64,000 nt of DNA from an uncultured Alphaproteobacteria bacterium. Lineage in GTDB: Bacteria; Pseudomonadota; Alphaproteobacteria; RF32; CAG-239. A program made the translations under genes and the position numbers. The notes beneath the pieces are model-generated. The model was not told where the DNA came from and ran no database searches. It saw only the letters and a list, made by a program, of their open reading frames with translations. Where the stretch lies: assembly GCA_944393725.1 (NCBI GenBank), contig CALYBC010000025.1:1232-65231 (forward strand), written 5' to 3'. Below, piece after piece: positions 58,542-64,000 of this stretch (its first letter is position 1; each line of letters starts with the position of its first letter).

Positions 58542-59777
58542 ATGATAAGAGACAATTACATAGATACATCTAAGTTAATCAGAAACGATAAGGTTAAGGA
58601 TTTATTTGCCCTTATTGCAAGGCATGGCGGAGTTCTGCGCTTTGTTGGAGGAGCAGTACGAGATGCCTTGATGGGTATTAAAGGAGCGGATTTAGACTTA
58701 GCTACCGATTTAAGTCCCGAAGAATTGGCCGAAGCTTGTGCTGACGAGAACATAGAAACCATACCTTTAGGCATAAAACAAAGCAATATTGGCGTGATAA
58801 TAGACGGCACGGAATTCAAAGTCGGTTCGCTCTATAAATATATTATAAAAGATGACGGTAGCCGCGATATTGAGTTTACTGACAACTGGGAAGAAGACGC
58901 CGCCCGCCGCGATTTAACCATCAATGCGGTTTATGCCGATGAAAACGGCAATGTTTTTGATTATTACAACGGAATTGAAGATTTGGAAAAAGGCAATGTG
59001 CATTTTATCGGCTCGGCCACCCAACGCATTGAAGAAGATCCGGTCAGAATTTTGCGTTTTTTCCGTTTTTATTCACTTTTTGGCAAGGGAGATCCAAACA
59101 CCAAAGCTCTGGAAGCGTGTCGCGAAAATAGTCAATTATTAAAAAAACTACCACTGGAAAAGATACGCGACGAATTATTTAAAATTATCAAAACACCCAA
59201 AGCTCCCGAAGTTTATAAGTTAATGCAAGACAACGGAATACTAAGTTATGTGATGCCCGATGCCGAGCATATAGACGATTTGGCTCACCTAAACGAAATA
59301 TCTCAAGGCACAGAACTTGAATACGAAGCTTTGGTAAAACTGTTCGTTCTTTATCGTCCGGATACAGCCTTGGCCGAAAATCTGGCCGTTCGCTTAAAAT
59401 TAAGCCGCGTTGAAAAACATCTTTTTACTTTTTTGGCCGATTCCGGTATTAGGTTTGATGATTTTCTTGACCATAAAAAAGTATTAAAACTCTGTTATGA
59501 ATATACCAATGATTTTTGTCAGGCTAAATTTTTAACCATGGCGGCACAAGAAGAGGAAGTAACAGCCAATATTAAAGAAGTTTATGCTTTTATTAATGAT
59601 TTGCCGGAGCTTGTATTTCCACTCAAAGGCAAAGACATTATTGACTACGGCCTTACTGATTCAGCAAAAGTAGGAAAAATACTAAAAGAGCTTGAGCAAA
59701 TATGGATTGATTCCGATTTTGATTTAACCAAGGAACAGCTGTTGGTTCAAGCAGCTAACTTGAAAGAAGTTATCTAA
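58542..59777 (+). CDS. cca: CCA-adding tRNA nucleotidyltransferase
   Basis: FVGGAVRD, DLDLAT, DAARRDLTINA, EDPVRILRFFRF. Confidence 0.9.
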   Translation: MIRDNYIDTSKLIRNDKVKDLFALIARHGGVLRFVGGAVRDALMGIKGADLDLATDLSPEELAEACADENIETIPLGIKQSNIGVIIDGTEFKVGSLYKYIIKDDGSRDIEFTDNWEEDAARRDLTINAVYADENGNVFDYYNGIEDLEKGNVHFIGSATQRIEEDPVRILRFFRFYSLFGKGDPNTKALEACRENSQLLKKLPLEKIRDELFKIIKTPKAPEVYKLMQDNGILSYVMPDAEHIDDLAHLNEISQGTELEYEALVKLFVLYRPDTALAENLAVRLKLSRVEKHLFTFLADSGIRFDDFLDHKKVLKLCYEYTNDFCQAKFLTMAAQEEEVTANIKEVYAFINDLPELVFPLKGKDIIDYGLTDSAKVGKILKELEQIWIDSDFDLTKEQLLVQAANLKEVI

Positions 59778-59780
59778 ACT

Positions 59781-59808
59781 AAAGCCCTCCGATTTTTAGG
59801 AGGGCTTT
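59781..59808. terminator. Bidirectional terminator
   Basis: AAAGCCCTCC-gattttta-GGAGGGCTTT. Confidence 0.8.
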
Positions 59809-59819
59809 GACGAATCTGA

Positions 59820-60191
59820 CTATTTTTTCACCTTTTTGATTTGTTTTACGTCAATTTCGGTTGGTTTCATCAGTTCTTTATCAACATCACCGGTAATTTG
59901 AATAATTTCACCTTCGGTAACGGTAACATTGTTAAAATCGTCTTGGTCTATATCAAGAATTATTTCACCGGTTTCATCGGTAAACATATATTTATCATCA
60001 CCCAAAGCTTTAACAATTTGGCCTTGCACAACGACCAAAGTATTGTCATCCTTATCTTTGGCATCTGCAACGGTTTCAATAACCACATCTTTCGGAACAA
60101 AAACAAATCCTTGATTTTTATGCTTATTTTTTGCTTGTACGGTAGTAGCGGCAATCAAAACACAAAAAAGTGCGACTATAACTTTTTTCAT
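59820..60191 (-). CDS. YgiW/YdeI (BOF) periplasmic OB-fold protein
   Basis: Signal peptide, DDNTLVVVQGQIV..LGDDKYMFTDETGEI, GDVDK..IDV. Confidence 0.88.
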   Translation of the reverse strand: MKKVIVALFCVLIAATTVQAKNKHKNQGFVFVPKDVVIETVADAKDKDDNTLVVVQGQIVKALGDDKYMFTDETGEIILDIDQDDFNNVTVTEGEIIQITGDVDKELMKPTEIDVKQIKKVKK

Positions 60192-60211
60192 TTGATATCT
60201 CCTTATAAAAA

Positions 60212-60243
60212 TTAATACCGCTTAAAGAAATAAGCGGTATTAA
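60212..60243 (-). terminator. Hairpin between hydF and the BOF gene
   Basis: TTAATACCGCTTA-aagaaa-TAAGCGGTATTAA. Confidence 0.6.
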
Positions 60244-60266
60244 CCAAAAAACAAGTAGATACTTTT

Positions 60267-61475
60267 TTATTTTTTTATAATCGGAGCCACGGCTCTTTCC
60301 AAAATTCCCAAGGTTTTTGAAATGGTCATACCGTAGTTGGTGATAGGTACATTGCGGCGGAGACATTCTCGCAATCTTCGTTGCATTTCAACTTGATTTA
60401 GCATACAGGCACCGCAATGAATAACCAAGTCGAACTCCTCCAAATTTTCCGGAAAATTACTACCGACACAAAAAGAGAAATTGATATTTTTTTTGGTATA
60501 TTTTTTCATAAGAGCCGGAATTTTTACTTTTGCGATATCATCGTCTTGAGCATGATGAGAGCAAGCTTCGGCAATTAAGACTTTTGCATTATCGGCAAGT
60601 TCATCAATTTTTTTTGCTCCTTGCAACAAAACATCAAAATCACCTTTTAATCTGGCAAACAAAATAGAGAAAGAAGTTAAAGGAACATTTTGCGGTACGA
60701 TTTCAGCAACCTTAGCAAAAGCCTGAGAGTCGGTTATTACCAATTTAGGTTTGATTTTAATATTTTCCAGCGTTTTTGCCAGCTCTTCCGGCTGTGTCAC
60801 AATAGCATAAGCGTGCAAATCCATAAGCTCTCTTAGCATTTGTACCTGAGGCAAAATAAGTCTTCCTTTTGGAGCAGAAGAGTCAATCGGGGTAACCAAA
60901 ACCACGCAATCTCCTTCTTTAACCATTCCGTCAAGCAACAAAGACTGTTTTTGTTTTTCTTCCGGAATAAGCTTAATAAGCTCTGTTTTAATTTCTGAAA
61001 TTCCTATATTTTTCTCAGTCGATACAGATGTGTAAGGTATTTTATTTTTCTTACAAAACAGTGTATCCACAGTTGTAGGCTCGTTTATATCGCATTTATT
61101 AAACACGACGATAAAAGGAATATTCATACCTTGCAGAGAACTTACGATTTCAAAATCATGTTTATCCAAACCTTTTTCATCAACTACGAGCACCGCCGCA
61201 TCGGCACGAAACAGAGCTTTTTTAGTTGCAGCGATTCTTTGCTTTCCCAGCTCAGAATCATCATCTAAGCCGGCTGTATCGTAAAAAGTTACCGGACCTA
61301 ACGGCAAAAGTTCATAAGGCTTGGCTACGGCATCTGTTGTAGTTCCGGCTATTGCCGAAACAATGGCAACATCTTGTCCGCAAATAGCGTTTATTAAAGA
61401 AGATTTTCCGGCATTTCTTTTTCCGACGATAGCGATATTATAACGCAAGGCACGAGGTGTTTTTTCAGCAGACAT
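60267..61475 (-). CDS. hydF: [FeFe]-hydrogenase maturation GTPase HydF
   Basis: GKRNAGKSS, GTTTD, DTAG, APKGRLILPQVQ, EACSHH, HCGACM, TNYG. Confidence 0.95.
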   Translation of the reverse strand: MSAEKTPRALRYNIAIVGKRNAGKSSLINAICGQDVAIVSAIAGTTTDAVAKPYELLPLGPVTFYDTAGLDDDSELGKQRIAATKKALFRADAAVLVVDEKGLDKHDFEIVSSLQGMNIPFIVVFNKCDINEPTTVDTLFCKKNKIPYTSVSTEKNIGISEIKTELIKLIPEEKQKQSLLLDGMVKEGDCVVLVTPIDSSAPKGRLILPQVQMLRELMDLHAYAIVTQPEELAKTLENIKIKPKLVITDSQAFAKVAEIVPQNVPLTSFSILFARLKGDFDVLLQGAKKIDELADNAKVLIAEACSHHAQDDDIAKVKIPALMKKYTKKNINFSFCVGSNFPENLEEFDLVIHCGACMLNQVEMQRRLRECLRRNVPITNYGMTISKTLGILERAVAPIIKK

Positions 61476-61535
61476 AAATTTTCTCCATAATTTAAACTAA
61501 GGACATCATCTACCATAAGGTATAACAAAAAGTTA

Positions 61536-61563
61536 AAGCCCGCCTCAAATAAAGCGAGCTTTT
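61536..61563 (-). terminator. Terminator after tRNA-Ala(CGC)
   Basis: AAAGCCCGC..GCGAGCTTTT imperfect stem. Confidence 0.6.
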
Positions 61564-61566
61564 AAT

Positions 61567-61642
61567 TGGTGGAGGTAAGCGGGATCGAACCGCTGACCTA
61601 ATGATTGCGAACCATTCGCTCTCCCAACTGAGCTATACCCCC
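61567..61642 (-). tRNA. tRNA-Ala(CGC)
   Basis: GGGGGTATAGCTCAGTTGGGAGAGCGAATGGTTCGCAATCATTAGGTCAGCGGTTCGATCCCGCTTACCTCCACCA; G3-U70. Confidence 0.94.
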
Positions 61643-61811
61643 AAAAAAATGACTTGTTATCAGGTCGAGCGACGCCTTGGGTACCTAAATTTCGCAAGCA
61701 ATCGCTGTCGCTGATTTTGCTCAATTAAGGTAGCCAAGATGTTACAGACAAAATCAACAAACTTTTGTTGATTTTACTTAGCCATCCCAACTGAGCTATA
61801 CCCCCAAAAAA
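61622..61811. repeat. 27-bp direct repeat of the tRNA-Ala(CGC) 5' end flanking a 136-bp hairpin-rich element
   Basis: TCCCAACTGAGCTATACCCCCAAAAAA at 61622-61648 and 61785-61811; hairpins 61669-61745 and 61750-61775. Confidence 0.85.
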
Positions 61812-61812
61812 C

Positions 61813-61840
61813 AAAAGGCTCGCTTTGGAAACGAGCCTTT
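61813..61840. terminator. Terminator-like hairpin after tRNA-Ala(GGC)
   Basis: AAAAGGCTCG-ctttggaaa-CGAGCCTTTT. Confidence 0.75.
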
Positions 61841-61848
61841 TAAAAGAT

Positions 61849-61924
<76 letters not shown>

Positions 61925-62047
61925 AAAGTTGTGAGCAAGTTAATAAATTTTTGCATAAAAGTCAAGCGTAAAAAATGCTGTACAAAACAATATTTAGCCT
62001 ATATAAAAACACTCAAAGAAAAAATTATTAACTCAAATATATATTGT

Positions 62048-62662
62048 ATGAAAAAACTTATTATTTTATTCGGAGCTCCCGGCTCTGGCAAAGGATTACT
62101 CGGGGATGTATTGACAGAAAAAACCGGTATTACCAAAATTTCTACCGGCGATATTTTGCGTGAAGAGGTAAAAAAGGATACCCCCATAGGTAAAAAGGTA
62201 GCCAGTTTTATCTCATCAGGGTCATTGGTAGAAGATTCCGTTATCAATCCGATTTTAGATATCTTTATGCAAACCGAAGGGGATATTTTGCTTGATGGTT
62301 ATCCACGCAATTTTTCACAGTTAAAATACCTGAAAAACAAAGTAAAAAAAGACTATCAGGTAATATGTGTTCATGTTAATCCGTCGGAAAAACTTATATT
62401 ATCGCGTATCGGGCAGCGAAGAGTTTGTTCAAAATGCGGTACGACCCAATTTGCCGGCAACGGCAAGTGTACCAGATGTAGCGGAGACTTGGTTGTTCGC
62501 GATGATGACAAATGGATAAAAAACCGTATCACCTATTACAATCGGGTGATAAAACCGATTTTACCGGATTTGATGGCTTGGAGCGAGATTTCCATAATTT
62601 TTAAGGGAACCGAAAGTGAAAAAAATGCCGAAATAATCAAACAGATTATGGCACAATGCTAA
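62048..62662 (+). CDS. Adenylate kinase family NMP kinase with Zn-LID
   Basis: GAPGSGKG, ISTGDILR, LLDGYPRN, RRVCSKC..CTRC..RDDD; start ATG 62048. Confidence 0.85.
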   Translation: MKKLIILFGAPGSGKGLLGDVLTEKTGITKISTGDILREEVKKDTPIGKKVASFISSGSLVEDSVINPILDIFMQTEGDILLDGYPRNFSQLKYLKNKVKKDYQVICVHVNPSEKLILSRIGQRRVCSKCGTTQFAGNGKCTRCSGDLVVRDDDKWIKNRITYYNRVIKPILPDLMAWSEISIIFKGTESEKNAEIIKQIMAQC

Positions 62663-62663
62663 C

Positions 62664-62704
62664 AAAAAGCATATTCTCTCTTGTTAGAGAGAATATGCTT
62701 TTTT
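62664..62704. terminator. Bidirectional terminator
   Basis: AAAAAGCATATTCTCTCT-tgtt-AGAGAGAATATGCTTTTT. Confidence 0.85.
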
Positions 62705-62706
62705 CT

Positions 62707-63174
62707 TTAAGAATCACCGGGTTTTCGCTGATTTCCTGTTTTAGATTCCAAAGACCAACTCATCAACAGTTCAATTTCTTTGGTGTCATCATCAGTTTGT
62801 TCTGCAATGATTTTGAAATTATTTCTTTGATAAAATCGCAAGGCATCAATATTTTTGATAAAGACCTTAAGTGTTAATTCCGGATATTTTCTTTTGGCAT
62901 AATTAATCAGTTTGGTTCCGATTCGTTGGTTTTGGAACTCCGGAGCCACAAATAAAGCTCCGAGATGTTTATCATCAATAATACTCATAAATCCTTTGAT
63001 TTTATGCTTATCTTCAAACACAAAACTATCGGTATTTGGCAGATAATATTTCTTTATTACCGGTACCATGTTTTGCCAATATTCTTCACTGACAAATTTA
63101 TGCGACTGCACACTGGCCTTAAGCCAAATATTCAAAACCTTTTCGACATCTGTCGCCTGATATTTTCTAATCAT
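62707..63174 (-). CDS. GNAT acetyltransferase (YiaC/YjaB-like)
   Basis: LGALFVAPEFQNQRIGTKL, N..ALRFYQRNNF. Confidence 0.88.
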   Translation of the reverse strand: MIRKYQATDVEKVLNIWLKASVQSHKFVSEEYWQNMVPVIKKYYLPNTDSFVFEDKHKIKGFMSIIDDKHLGALFVAPEFQNQRIGTKLINYAKRKYPELTLKVFIKNIDALRFYQRNNFKIIAEQTDDDTKEIELLMSWSLESKTGNQRKPGDS

Positions 63175-64000
63175 CTGTGCTTCTTTCTTAAGGATATTCT
63201 CTTTAATCTTCTTTCCATTAAAATTCTGTGAGCATTTCGGTAAACCTCAACAGAGTTTACACGAGCCTTCAAAATAATATTAAATTCTTTCATCGTCAAC
63301 AAAACACCAAATGTCACCAACAAGGCACCGAGTAATATTTGCCAGTTCAGAGGATCATTAAACACAATTACGCCGGCCGCGATACCAAAAACGATTCGCA
63401 AGGTACAAAACGGAGCAATTTTACTTACCCCGTTTGCGGCAATAAGCTTTTGCCACAACACCATTGCCAGTGACAATGCCACAACTTCATAAGCCAAGGC
63501 CCATCCGGCAATATTCCAATTAACCAATTCCAAGTTATGATAATCATAATTTTCAATCCAAAGCGAACCGGCCGCAGTAAAAGGAACGGCAAAAAGGTAG
63601 GAGTAAGCCAGAAAGGTCGTCGTTGCCATATGCTTGGTTCCCTTAAATATGATTTGGCACCCGCCCCAAAAGAACCGCGATGCAATAATTGCCAATACGC
63701 CAAATAAATTCATGTTTGGTACGCCCAAGATAACGATGACCCCGACAAAAGAAAGTAAAATCGCTAAAACCTGCTTTAAATTAATCTTTTCTTTTGCCCA
63801 AATACAAGCCATTAAGACCGATATAGGGCCTTCGGTTTGTAATAGCAATGAGCTTGCGGATGGTGATAGCACACTATAAGCGGCATAACTCAAAACATTG
63901 TTGATAACATTAGAAGTAAGAGCCACAACCAGCAACTGCCAAAATTCCTTTTTTGATGGTTTATCCGCAAACGGCAATACCAGCAAAGATATAATCAGGT
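63171..64000 (-). CDS. EamA/DMT family transporter, 5' end beyond window
   Basis: Multiple TMs, KEKINLKQ..SFVGV, F.DPL..LLGA; frame open to window edge. Confidence 0.85.
   Translation of the reverse strand, partial: LIISLLVLPFADKPSKKEFWQLLVVALTSNVINNVLSYAAYSVLSPSASSLLLQTEGPISVLMACIWAKEKINLKQVLAILLSFVGVIVILGVPNMNLFGVLAIIASRFFWGGCQIIFKGTKHMATTTFLAYSYLFAVPFTAAGSLWIENYDYHNLELVNWNIAGWALAYEVVALSLAMVLWQKLIAANGVSKIAPFCTLRIVFGIAAGVIVFNDPLNWQILLGALLVTFGVLLTMKEFNIILKARVNSVEVYRNAHRILMERRLKRISLRKKHR

Overview
Core-chromosome window from an AT-rich, apparently anaerobic, genome-reduced alphaproteobacterium (inferred from rho-mnmE-mnmG-rsmG-parAB, coaE-dnaQ, fliX-dksA, ffs-dnaX-ybaB-recR, ialB-rlmN and lptF-lptD-surA-rsmA synteny plus a trimeric [FeFe]-hydrogenase). 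It appears to span the replication origin (coaE/rho intergenic region, ~32.35-32.83 kb, with DnaA-like boxes and two perfect CtrA boxes; two parS sites lie inside mnmG and rsmG). It also holds four tRNAs, the SRP RNA, two paralogous autotransporters and a ~9 kb all-minus-strand block between tRNA-Gly and tRNA-Ser (Fe-S aldo/keto reductase, flavodoxin, polyferredoxin, tatAC, macAB-tolC). No integrase, transposase, CRISPR or phage genes were seen. Most notable observations: (1) seven GANTC (CcrM-type) sites in 101 bp upstream of one autotransporter, with a motif module shared with the other autotransporter's upstream region, suggesting methylation/CtrA control of adhesins; (2) all three tRNA loci carry partial tRNA copies next to small structured elements; (3) a HydB lacking the C-terminal Fe-S domains; (4) an A9 slippery run followed by an immediate out-of-frame stop in dnaX; (5) a redox operon with its own TatAC. 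All calls come from motif recognition by eye; no database searches were run.
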